Virus record (IMG/VR): IMGVR_UViG_3300028800_000089
Location: 2,194-66,193 of that record
Source of the DNA: a virus
Lineage: Duplodnaviria > Caudoviricetes
DNA length: 64,000 nucleotides
Reading direction: 5' to 3' (one strand)
Shown: positions 27,046-35,610 of the stretch, piece after piece
Layout: the number at the start of each line of letters is the position of its first letter
Numbering within the stretch: position 1 is the first letter of the stretch
Position numbers and translations under genes: made by a program
The notes under the pieces: generated by a model
Told to the model about the DNA's origin: nothing
The model's database searches: none
Seen by the model: only the letters and a program-made list of their open reading frames with translations

Positions 27046-29367
27046 GTGATTTTGACGCGATTACAAACGACAAACTGGGGCTGCCTGAAGTCCGTAGATA
27101 TCCGGTTCAGCGAAGGCTTGACCGGTATTCTAGGGCCTAATGGCAGTGGTAAATCGACGCTACTCGATGCGCTTCGATTTGCCGTTACCGGTGAGTCAGT
27201 CGCGTCAGGACCACGAGCTGACAATATCACCTTGGGCGAACGTACTGGATCAGTTACGTTGGCGTTCGCCCACGGGGATAGCAGCTACGAGGTTAAGCGC
27301 GTTCTAGAGCCGTCGCGGCAGCAATTGAAGTTTCCCGGTGGAACCGTTAGTCGGCAGGCTGAGATCGAGGAGAAGCTCACGCTTCTTCTCGGTACCAGAA
27401 TGGATGCGTTGCTCAACAACGTGTTCATCGCCCAACACGATATCGACGCCATTCTATTCAAGACCAATACCGAGAGACTCCGGGAGTTCCAGGACACCTT
27501 CGGCTTATCCAAGGCCGCTGAGGTATACACCCTGCTGTCCACTGAGATCTCCTCGCTAAGCGTCACCACTGGGCTGGAGCAGCAATTACAGGTTACCGCC
27601 GGAGCATGCCAAGACGTTACCAAGGAACTCAACGAATTACGGGAACAGCTCCGCCTCACTGAGGACGAGCTGTTGGAATTGTCGAAGTACGAGGAGAGGT
27701 TGAGGCATTACAGAATAGCTCAGCAAAGCGCATCAGCTAAACGGCAAACCGAAGAGGCTCTTTCCCTGGCGCAGCAGCGCTATATAGAGTCCGACAAGGT
27801 TCTGGGTATAGCCAAGGATGAGCACGCCATTATTGTGCAGCGCTTCACAGCGATGCAGCCAATGGCAGCCGAGCAGGCCAAGGAGCTGGATCAAGCCAAG
27901 GCTACAGCAGCACAGCGCCGACTATTGGATAGCGAGCGCCATAATCTTGAATCCAATAAGATGAAGCCAGAAGCTGAACTGGGTAGTCATGATGAGCTAA
28001 TCAATAAGCTCTCAGAAACCCGTTCTAAGCTCAAGGCTATTATCGGTAAAGAAGCGCCTCTCCCGCAGACGCCCGAAGATAAGGATCTCGCTCAAAGAGT
28101 CGAGGAGCTGACGAAGCAATTGTCGGAGCTTCGACGCGATGATCCCAATTTGGCACTTATAGAAGCTGACATCCACCGGATCAAGCACGAACTCGAAACG
28201 TTCGCCGGTGGTCAGTGTCCTACGTGTCATCGTCCCATTGATAATTTCGACGACGCCGAGTTGAAGCGCCAAGCACAGGTTAAGCAAGTAGAGATTGCGA
28301 AGATCAAAAGTGATCAAGCCAAAAGAGTAGCTGAAGCGCAGAATGATTTGGCAGTTATTTCGAAGCGATTAGAAGAGCGTCGTAAAGCCGCGATGACAGC
28401 TGTCATCAATATGCTTGAGGCGACTAAGAAGCAATACGACAAGCTCGTGTCAGACAAGAATGCGCTGACACAGCAATGGGAGACCTATAACAGGTGTCAT
28501 GCCAGATTGAGTGCTATTCGCGCCCAGCTGGACAGCACCCCAGATGTAGGTACCGATAAAATAGAAGCGCTCCAGAAGGCTGTGGAGCAATTCAGGGCAC
28601 TACAGGATCAAGTTCAGAAATCGGAGTCTGAGGTTCGTATTAAGCAAGCAGCCCAAGCGTCTTGTACGTCAGAGGTTACAAGGCTCAAGGATTTGTTGCT
28701 TAAGGTCAGTGATAGCAAGTTCGAGTTGTCCGAAGCTGAGTTGCAAGAGGCTCAACTGAAGATTGAGTTATTGTCTGCGCGGACACAAACTCGGAACGAG
28801 CTAACTACGAAGATTGGCATTACTGATGCCAAGCTGATCCAGCTCCGGAGTTCCGTGGATCAATTGAAGAAGCAGTACGACCACGAGCGCAATGCCGCCA
28901 AGTGGTCGTCACTGTGCTCAAGAGCCAGGGAGGTCGTTCACGTTAACGGCTTACCGGCTCTGATGATGCGGGAGTATGCCAATAAGATCAACAAGCGCAT
29001 GGCGCACTACATGTCGATCTGGGAGGCCCCGTTTCAATTCTACCTGGATGGCGACCTGTCGTTTAAAGCCAAGTTCAGTAGTGGCTTTGAGCTACCGGCG
29101 CACCGGTTAAGCGGTGGTCAGAAGATTGTTGCCAGTACTAGTTTCAGGCTGGCGATGTCCGATACCTTCGCACGGTCAGTTGGACTGTTGATACTCGACG
29201 AGCCAACGAACCATTTAGATGAAAGTAACGTTGTGCATTTGCAGCAATTGTTACTCAAATTAAAGCAGTTTTCCGGGAGTACCGGAAGACAGATACTGAT
29301 TGTAACCCACGCTGAATCACTAACCAGCTTCTTTGATCAAACCATCAAATTAGCTAAAAAGGAATAA
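27046..29367 (+). CDS. sbcC: SbcC/Rad50-like SMC ATPase
   Basis: GPNGSGKST, Q-loop, coiled coils with central CPTC Zn hook, LSGGQ, LILDEPT, VTH. Confidence 0.93.
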   Translation: MILTRLQTTNWGCLKSVDIRFSEGLTGILGPNGSGKSTLLDALRFAVTGESVASGPRADNITLGERTGSVTLAFAHGDSSYEVKRVLEPSRQQLKFPGGTVSRQAEIEEKLTLLLGTRMDALLNNVFIAQHDIDAILFKTNTERLREFQDTFGLSKAAEVYTLLSTEISSLSVTTGLEQQLQVTAGACQDVTKELNELREQLRLTEDELLELSKYEERLRHYRIAQQSASAKRQTEEALSLAQQRYIESDKVLGIAKDEHAIIVQRFTAMQPMAAEQAKELDQAKATAAQRRLLDSERHNLESNKMKPEAELGSHDELINKLSETRSKLKAIIGKEAPLPQTPEDKDLAQRVEELTKQLSELRRDDPNLALIEADIHRIKHELETFAGGQCPTCHRPIDNFDDAELKRQAQVKQVEIAKIKSDQAKRVAEAQNDLAVISKRLEERRKAAMTAVINMLEATKKQYDKLVSDKNALTQQWETYNRCHARLSAIRAQLDSTPDVGTDKIEALQKAVEQFRALQDQVQKSESEVRIKQAAQASCTSEVTRLKDLLLKVSDSKFELSEAELQEAQLKIELLSARTQTRNELTTKIGITDAKLIQLRSSVDQLKKQYDHERNAAKWSSLCSRAREVVHVNGLPALMMREYANKINKRMAHYMSIWEAPFQFYLDGDLSFKAKFSSGFELPAHRLSGGQKIVASTSFRLAMSDTFARSVGLLILDEPTNHLDESNVVHLQQLLLKLKQFSGSTGRQILIVTHAESLTSFFDQTIKLAKKE

Positions 29368-29369
29368 CC

Positions 29370-30035
29370 ATGTCTATCGCCATCACTCTCGAACTAAACG
29401 GCAACCGCGAGGTTCGCGAGGTTTCGTATGTCACCAATGTCAGCGATCTGCTGAACGCACTGTCGCTATCGCGTGGCTCAGTCGTGCGCGTCAACGGGAC
29501 CGAGGCCAGCATCGGCAGCCCCGTGCGTCACGGTGACTTCGTTCAGATTTCCGTCGTAGCCGTGGCCCCGGTCGCTGCGACGACCCCAGGCGGTAAGGTC
29601 CTGTTCATCAACAATGATGGTGCAGGCTTCGCTGACCCGGTTGCTTTCGCGGCCGGTACCAATCTCGGTCAGTTCATCGCTGAGCGTGATATCTCCATTT
29701 CCGGCAAGATGATTCGCGTCAACAACAACCTGGCCGATGCCGGCTACGTTCTCCGTGACGGTGATAAGATCTCGGTTACCCCGCTCAAGGTCGAGGGTGC
29801 CGTGGAGATGATCAAGGTCCTGTACATCAACAACGACGGTTCAGGTTTCGCTGAGCCAGTGCAGGCTATTTCGGGCGTCACGCTGTTCCAGTTCCTTGCT
29901 CAGCAGGGCTCTGATCCGGCCGGCAAGATGGTCCGTCTGAACAACGATATCGCTGCCGGGACGACCGTGCTGCGTAACGGTGACAAGATCTCCGTTACCC
30001 CGCTCAAGGTCGAGGGTGCCGGTTCGCGTAATTAA
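29370..30035 (+). CDS. three-domain polyubiquitin-like precursor
   Basis: three beta-grasp-like units; units 2 and 3 both end GDKISVTPLKVEGA; GSRN tail. Confidence 0.85.
   Translation: MSIAITLELNGNREVREVSYVTNVSDLLNALSLSRGSVVRVNGTEASIGSPVRHGDFVQISVVAVAPVAATTPGGKVLFINNDGAGFADPVAFAAGTNLGQFIAERDISISGKMIRVNNNLADAGYVLRDGDKISVTPLKVEGAVEMIKVLYINNDGSGFAEPVQAISGVTLFQFLAQQGSDPAGKMVRLNNDIAAGTTVLRNGDKISVTPLKVEGAGSRN
29775..30021 (+). repeat. identical 28-nt repeats encoding the Ubl C-termini
   Basis: GTTACCCCGCTCAAGGTCGAGGGTGCCG at 29775-29802 and 29994-30021 (219 nt = 73 codons apart). Confidence 0.9.
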
Positions 30036-30074
30036 TCATTAATTGCGTATTACTGTATCAATTAATCGTTAACT
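30030..30074. promoter_or_regulatory. pair of AT-rich palindromic operator-like boxes
   Basis: AATTAATCATTAATT at 30030-30044 and AATTAATCGTTAACT at 30060-30074. Confidence 0.4.
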
Positions 30075-30089
30075 ACACAAACCACAAAG

Positions 30090-30121
30090 CCCCCATGGTA
30101 ACCCCATGGGGGTGTCTTTTT
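30090..30121 (+). terminator. intrinsic terminator after the poly-Ubl gene
   Basis: CCCCCATGG-taacc-CCATGGGGG followed by TGTCTTTTT. Confidence 0.7.
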
Positions 30122-30131
30122 CAGAGAACAC

Positions 30132-30929
30132 ATGACTACACTCGTCGCACCGGGCGTCACGCTCAAGGATTTCATCTTTGATCTCTTTAATGAGGATAAG
30201 AGCAATGCAGAAGTCGCCAAGATTTTGGGCGATACCTGCGATTACGATAAAGTCGCAGCTTACCGAGTGGCCTGGAAAAAGGCTACCGGTCATGAAGACA
30301 TGCATCATACCACAAAGCATCTCCTCATCGATAAGCCCTTAGCAGGCGTGACTGATGCCCTTATCTATGAAACCAACGGTTTCAAGGATAACGGTGATAA
30401 AGGTGAGATGACTATAGCTTTTGAACGGCACGGTAGGACCGTTTCCAAGAGCAAGAAGGATGGCGATGTCAAGAAAGTCACATACGCCGAACTAGCCAAG
30501 ATTAACGGTAATACCGGTAGAATATTCGACGGCGTAGCCTGTGATGGTTACGGCGAGGAATCCATGAAGCTGCTGGCCATGGGCATAGTGCAGCTGATCA
30601 AACCAACTGGAGGTTGGCTGTGGATCACGAATAACCTGCCCAATAAGTTCTGTAGTAGACTACCTCTACTCCAGGCAGTTGCGTGTAATTATTATCGTAC
30701 CCCGACTCCCGAGGAAGCTGACTTTATTGACGCAGTAGCTAGATATTGCTTCATGTGGGGCTTCCTAGCTGACCCATTCCAGTCGATGGTCTTCGGTGGT
30801 GGTGGTAAGGGAATTATACAGACTGTGTTCAAGTTGAGCCAATTGCCGATGCCCAAGTTCGAAGGTGATCAATCTTGGAAGAAGGAGCGATTGGAAATAG
30901 CCAAGTTAATCAATGACGTGGAGGGATAA
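30132..30929 (+). CDS. hypothetical protein, possible N-terminal HTH plus class I methyltransferase-like domain
   Basis: FDGVACDGYG...LIKPTGGWLWIT resembles FD.IDLDPYG...K.GG.L.VT of Rossmann methyltransferases. Confidence 0.4.
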   Translation: MTTLVAPGVTLKDFIFDLFNEDKSNAEVAKILGDTCDYDKVAAYRVAWKKATGHEDMHHTTKHLLIDKPLAGVTDALIYETNGFKDNGDKGEMTIAFERHGRTVSKSKKDGDVKKVTYAELAKINGNTGRIFDGVACDGYGEESMKLLAMGIVQLIKPTGGWLWITNNLPNKFCSRLPLLQAVACNYYRTPTPEEADFIDAVARYCFMWGFLADPFQSMVFGGGGKGIIQTVFKLSQLPMPKFEGDQSWKKERLEIAKLINDVEG

Positions 30930-31228
30930 TGAATGATGTAAAAGAGTTAATTAACAAGTTCAAGCTGAAGCCATATCCTCATGACAGAGGAATGGCTAGA
31001 GACCTGATCTGTCCTAATTGTGGTAATAGAGATCAGTTCAAGATATCTGGTGTCTGTGTCGCCGTTATCGACGGTGAAGGCTATATTCACGAGGTAACCG
31101 GATATGAGTTCCATGATAGGAGCCTCTGTCTGTGTTTCGGATGTGACAAAGAGGACGACGTCTCAGTGTTTAAGGCCAAGGGCCTAGACGCCGAGCTTTC
31201 TAAGGTAAGTAATGTCAGTAATACATGA
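30929..31228 (+). CDS. small Zn-ribbon protein
   Basis: CPNCG...CFGC. Confidence 0.65.
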   Translation: MNDVKELINKFKLKPYPHDRGMARDLICPNCGNRDQFKISGVCVAVIDGEGYIHEVTGYEFHDRSLCLCFGCDKEDDVSVFKAKGLDAELSKVSNVSNT

Positions 31229-33530
31229 CGGAGCAGACGTTTCATGGCAGCCTGATTACGAGAGCGAAGCTTCCGAGTTCTTTGAACGGCTTCGCGCTCG
31301 CCAAGCTCGTACAAGTATAGGAATCCCAGTTGACTTGACGCAACAAGCGACAATCAGCAATGACGGTCGTATGGTGATGGTATCGACCCCAACGCGTCCA
31401 GTAAGTATAATGGACGTGGCGGAGGATGCGACAGATCGGTTTACTAGGGAGCAGCACCAGCTTTTGGAGCGTATACAGCGCGGGGAAGGCGAATTTTCTA
31501 TTCTGTCGAGGCCTTATAATACCGTGAGAGTAGATGAGAGTGATGAATCGGATAGGCTTGACTTACTCAATAATTTGCCGCAGCCAATTAGTAACGCCGT
31601 AGCAGGTACTTCAGGGCCGAATACGGACGCAGCTGACGCATTACACCATGCCATGGAAGTAATGCGTAACAGCCTGGCTATCCCACAGGATATGATGGTA
31701 CCAGTTGTCAGACCCATGCCGCATCTACCGTTTACGGTATCATCAGAGGTGACGAGACCATGGCTGATGACATCCAATGAATTGCGGCTCGATTCGGTAC
31801 ATGTTAATAATGAATTCAGGTTTTTATCAGCAAGCACAGGACGAACACCCCAGGAACAACATGTGAGAGAACTTCCAGCGGATAAAGCATTAGCAGTAGA
31901 GAAGCTAGTCCAAGAGGCACTTCCACCGCAAGAGATGTCGCCAATTGTTGCGGAGCAGCACACTAGCCTAGTAAAGTTGGCTAAGGCCTTCTACTTAGGT
32001 TACTTAGAGGGCAACAACGGTAGCCACAGAGACGTCAATGAGTCGCTGTACAACACCATGCGCCAGGCTATCGGTCGCTGGCACGGCGTCTTGTCCGTCA
32101 GAAACGATTCCGACAAGCCGGGCTATATCATGTCGCAGCTATTTAGGAACAACGCCGATTCCCTGACTCTGGAGAAGCTAAACGCCATTAAGAACGGTAC
32201 CAACCCGTTCACCGCTGCTCCCCCAGTGGTATCAGACGATATCGTGAAGCGGTTCATTATTGAGATGGCCGGTATGTTGAACGCGAAGATAGCAGTCCTG
32301 GTCATGGATATGAGTTCGAACCTAGAAGGTGGGAGTGCTCCGCGTGGCGGTGCCCGCTTTACTACTGGTGACGTGACGCTGACCGATGAAGGCGAAGATA
32401 TCATGGTTGGCCCAGTCGCGTTGGGTAAGTTCGATGTAAGTGTTAACATATACGACTTCGGCTTGGTCTGCGGTAACCAGGAGTCCGGAGTAAATGACAT
32501 CGTTAGAATATCCGCTCAGACCCCGGTATACCCCCGTAACGAACGTGGTGGCTTCGTCCACCCGCACGTCGAGGGATCTAGATTGTGTTTCGGTGACGGC
32601 CTAGCTGTTGCCGGCAATCTCGTACGTGCTGGGCTCATTGCTGATCTGTTCCAGTACGTTGAGCGTATTCTCATGACCTATGGGTCATCGCCGTACATCG
32701 ATTTGAGTGAATGGACCGATTTGGATCATTGCAGCGTCTGCTCGGCTACGATACAGCCCGATGATGCTTATCACGATCCCCATAGCGGCCGAGACCTCTG
32801 TGAGGAATGTGTAGGGCACTGTGATATCGGTAATACCGATGTCGATAGAAGGTACATACGGCACTGCTCTAAGTGCAATCTACACTTCGATGAGCGCTCG
32901 TATTACGGTAGAGTCGAAGAGGAACGCCGCCGTGAGACCAGGTTTATCTGTCTTCGCTGTGTCGAGAAGGAGCAGGTAGAGGCAGCTAAGCTCGCAGCTG
33001 AAATCGCCTCTAAGGCTATGGATACTACAACGACGCCAGCCTTCCCAGTAGTTGCACCGACCCCGGGCAAGAACTGCCCAAGTTGCGGTGCTAGTATCGG
33101 TGAGGTGGTGGTCAATCCGGATGGTTCAGTAGTAGTTGAAAATAAGATTACTGGCTATGATCCCATTATGCAGGTTATGACCTGTGATCACTGTGACCCA
33201 GCTGGTTATAATTTGTCCAATGCCGTGTGTACCCCAGGGATGCGTGAAGCATACCTAGCGACGCTTATGGCGCATTACGTACCACACGACTTCATTCAGG
33301 ACATCTTCATCAACAATGAAGAGAGCTTCGAATCCGAGGCTGATAAGGCTGAATGGCGTGCCATCGATTGGTACACGTTATTGACAACATTCCGGAATAA
33401 CCTCATGGATCACGGGCCGCTACGTCAAGATATGGCTTTCGCAGCCGTAATCGACAAGCTCTGTGAATTAGCTGAATACAACATATTCTCAGAACTGACG
33501 TATCGCCTTGCAACACCGAGAACAGCATGA
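31212..33530 (+). CDS. large E2-like protein with C-terminal multi-Zn-finger region, module 2
   Basis: FVHPHVEGSRLCFGD (putative Cys459), then PY..LSEW and CSVC, CEEC, CSKC, CLRC, CPSC, CDHC. Confidence 0.72.
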   Translation: MSVIHDGADVSWQPDYESEASEFFERLRARQARTSIGIPVDLTQQATISNDGRMVMVSTPTRPVSIMDVAEDATDRFTREQHQLLERIQRGEGEFSILSRPYNTVRVDESDESDRLDLLNNLPQPISNAVAGTSGPNTDAADALHHAMEVMRNSLAIPQDMMVPVVRPMPHLPFTVSSEVTRPWLMTSNELRLDSVHVNNEFRFLSASTGRTPQEQHVRELPADKALAVEKLVQEALPPQEMSPIVAEQHTSLVKLAKAFYLGYLEGNNGSHRDVNESLYNTMRQAIGRWHGVLSVRNDSDKPGYIMSQLFRNNADSLTLEKLNAIKNGTNPFTAAPPVVSDDIVKRFIIEMAGMLNAKIAVLVMDMSSNLEGGSAPRGGARFTTGDVTLTDEGEDIMVGPVALGKFDVSVNIYDFGLVCGNQESGVNDIVRISAQTPVYPRNERGGFVHPHVEGSRLCFGDGLAVAGNLVRAGLIADLFQYVERILMTYGSSPYIDLSEWTDLDHCSVCSATIQPDDAYHDPHSGRDLCEECVGHCDIGNTDVDRRYIRHCSKCNLHFDERSYYGRVEEERRRETRFICLRCVEKEQVEAAKLAAEIASKAMDTTTTPAFPVVAPTPGKNCPSCGASIGEVVVNPDGSVVVENKITGYDPIMQVMTCDHCDPAGYNLSNAVCTPGMREAYLATLMAHYVPHDFIQDIFINNEESFESEADKAEWRAIDWYTLLTTFRNNLMDHGPLRQDMAFAAVIDKLCELAEYNIFSELTYRLATPRTA

Positions 33531-34927
33531 CAAACATCACTGATATCAAGTTAAAGTTCACCCCGTATTCACGGGCCAAGCTCCAATTCATCTGTGATCA
33601 CTATGATCACGAGGTTGGAGCCATGGGCATCGCTGAGACGGCTGACCCATTCCTGGTTACTGATCTGTTCATTCCGAAGCAGAAGTGCTCCCCGGTATTC
33701 GTGGAGATGGACCCCAGCGACCTAGCTGATTCCATGTTCATGACCTATTGTGACCCCGACGGTCCGCATAAGTTGAAGCCCCATCAGGTCGGTCGTATCT
33801 TCATTCATACTCACCCGACGGGCTGCTTGGATCCGTCTCCGCATGATGAAACCATCTTCGCGGAGTCCTTCGGTTCGCAGCCCTGGGCAATGATGGTCAT
33901 CCTACCAAAGGGTGGTCGTCTCTATGCCCGTGTCCGTGTAGCACTTGGAAACGATATTAACCTCCAGATGCGCATCCCCGACGAGATGGTTATTACCACC
34001 GACTTCAAGGGTGCAGATCATGCTGCGTGGAAGGCGGAGATCGATCCGAAGATTACGTCCGAGGTTTTTACTTATCAGGGTACTTCGGATGCTAAGCCGG
34101 GGTACAAAGGGATCGTGAAGCTTCCAAGCGGATACTGGGGTAAGCGCCTCAGTAAGAAGCAGCTGAAGCGTGCCGCTAGAGCCGCCGCCCGTGAGGGAGC
34201 TGCACAGCGTCAGGAGACTATTGAGGAAGCGGCTAAGAATATCGTAGTCCAAGGGGAGGAGGAGCTGTCCAACATTCCGTTTCCCTTCCAGCACGATACC
34301 CAGCAAGACGCCGACGGAGATTCCCTTATTGCGTCGAGCAAGTACGTCGATGCAATCTATTCTGAATTGGCTCTTCGGTGGGTTCCGCCGTGTACCGCTG
34401 AAAGAATCGAGTACCTGAAGAGCTTCGGCTTTACTCATGTAATCGATGATGAGAAGCATACCGAGCGGTTTACTATACCACGCGGTGATACGTTCTTCGA
34501 TCTGCCGTTCAAGCAGGCCTGGGCGTTCGTAGAGGAAGAAGAGGGTCTAGCAGCTGAGCGCGAAGATTTCGAGCGTGCCATGCATATTTCGACGCACATG
34601 CGGAAGTACGGTGACGTCCTCTGCACCGGTGATTTCGTTACGAATACTTACAAGAAGGTCAGAGCAGACTGTCTCTGGCAGCTCAAGGGATCCACTGATG
34701 CCAGTGACGCCCTTGTGCTTACCCGTGATGAGATGCTGATTGCCGAGCAAGTCGTTGCCGGAACGTTGACGGCAGACGAGGCCCTGAATCGCATTCCCGA
34801 TGTCGTTGACGAGCAAGAGGTTATAGAGAGTAATGGAGTATTCACGGAGTATTGTGCTTCGACTCCAGAACCAACAACGAGAACACAAACTGAGGAGGAA
34901 TACCTTCTCATGCTAGGGGAAAACTAA
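33527..34927 (+). CDS. JAB/MPN+ metallopeptidase with long C-terminal extension, module 2
   Basis: HEVGAMG...HTHPTGCLDPSPHD matches E...H-x-H-x7-S-x2-D. Confidence 0.88.
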   Translation: MTNITDIKLKFTPYSRAKLQFICDHYDHEVGAMGIAETADPFLVTDLFIPKQKCSPVFVEMDPSDLADSMFMTYCDPDGPHKLKPHQVGRIFIHTHPTGCLDPSPHDETIFAESFGSQPWAMMVILPKGGRLYARVRVALGNDINLQMRIPDEMVITTDFKGADHAAWKAEIDPKITSEVFTYQGTSDAKPGYKGIVKLPSGYWGKRLSKKQLKRAARAAAREGAAQRQETIEEAAKNIVVQGEEELSNIPFPFQHDTQQDADGDSLIASSKYVDAIYSELALRWVPPCTAERIEYLKSFGFTHVIDDEKHTERFTIPRGDTFFDLPFKQAWAFVEEEEGLAAEREDFERAMHISTHMRKYGDVLCTGDFVTNTYKKVRADCLWQLKGSTDASDALVLTRDEMLIAEQVVAGTLTADEALNRIPDVVDEQEVIESNGVFTEYCASTPEPTTRTQTEEEYLLMLGEN

Positions 34928-35610
34928 TGCCAGCAGAACCGACGCGCTTTGATCGTCAGTCCACCGTCATCCCCACTGAGGAGCTACTTGCTACCTCAGC
35001 GGTGGTGATCGGTGTAGGAGCCATTGGCAGGCAGGTAGCTCTCCAGCTATCTGCCTGTGGTATCGGTGAATTGCATCTCGTCGATTTCGACACCGTTGAC
35101 ATCGTCAATGTCGGCCCCCAGGGCTATAAGCCAGCTGATGTCGGCAAGCCCAAGTGTGCTGCACTGATTGCAGACTGTATCGCCCTGAATCCCGACGGTG
35201 TTAACATTGCCCACGAGATGCGCTTCTGCGATGCCATCCGTGGTGACGTCTATTTCTGCTGTGTCGATAGTATTAAGACCCGTGGCCAGATCTTCGACGA
35301 GGTAGCTAAGCTGCCGGACACCGAGTTGTTCATCGATGCCCGTATGTCAGCTGAGACGATCCGTGTTATCACCGAAGACAACTTCGTTGAGCCACAGTAT
35401 CGTGGTACCATATTCGAGCCAGCAGAAGCCTTCCAGGGGGCCTGCACCGCGAAGTCCACCATCTTCACAGCCAATATCGCTGCTGGTCTGATGGTGAGCC
35501 AGTTCTCTAAGTACCTCAGGGGCATGGCATTAGAAAAGGACTTCAATTTGAACCTGCTGTCCCTAGAGTTGTTCCCTACACCAAAGACAATGGCAGCAGC
35601 GGCGCGATGA
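34927..35610 (+). CDS. ThiF/E1-like adenylating enzyme, module 2
   Basis: RFDRQ, GVGAIG, DFDTVD..N...Q, K.K, CVDS, DAR and a distal GACT cysteine. Confidence 0.92.
   Translation: MPAEPTRFDRQSTVIPTEELLATSAVVIGVGAIGRQVALQLSACGIGELHLVDFDTVDIVNVGPQGYKPADVGKPKCAALIADCIALNPDGVNIAHEMRFCDAIRGDVYFCCVDSIKTRGQIFDEVAKLPDTELFIDARMSAETIRVITEDNFVEPQYRGTIFEPAEAFQGACTAKSTIFTANIAAGLMVSQFSKYLRGMALEKDFNLNLLSLELFPTPKTMAAAAR

Noticed and set aside
26123-35610. Thiamine or molybdopterin biosynthesis role for the ThiF and ThiS-like genes
   Set aside because: No thiG, moaE, cysteine desulfurase or rhodanese genes; the JAB and E2-like neighbours point to conjugation instead.
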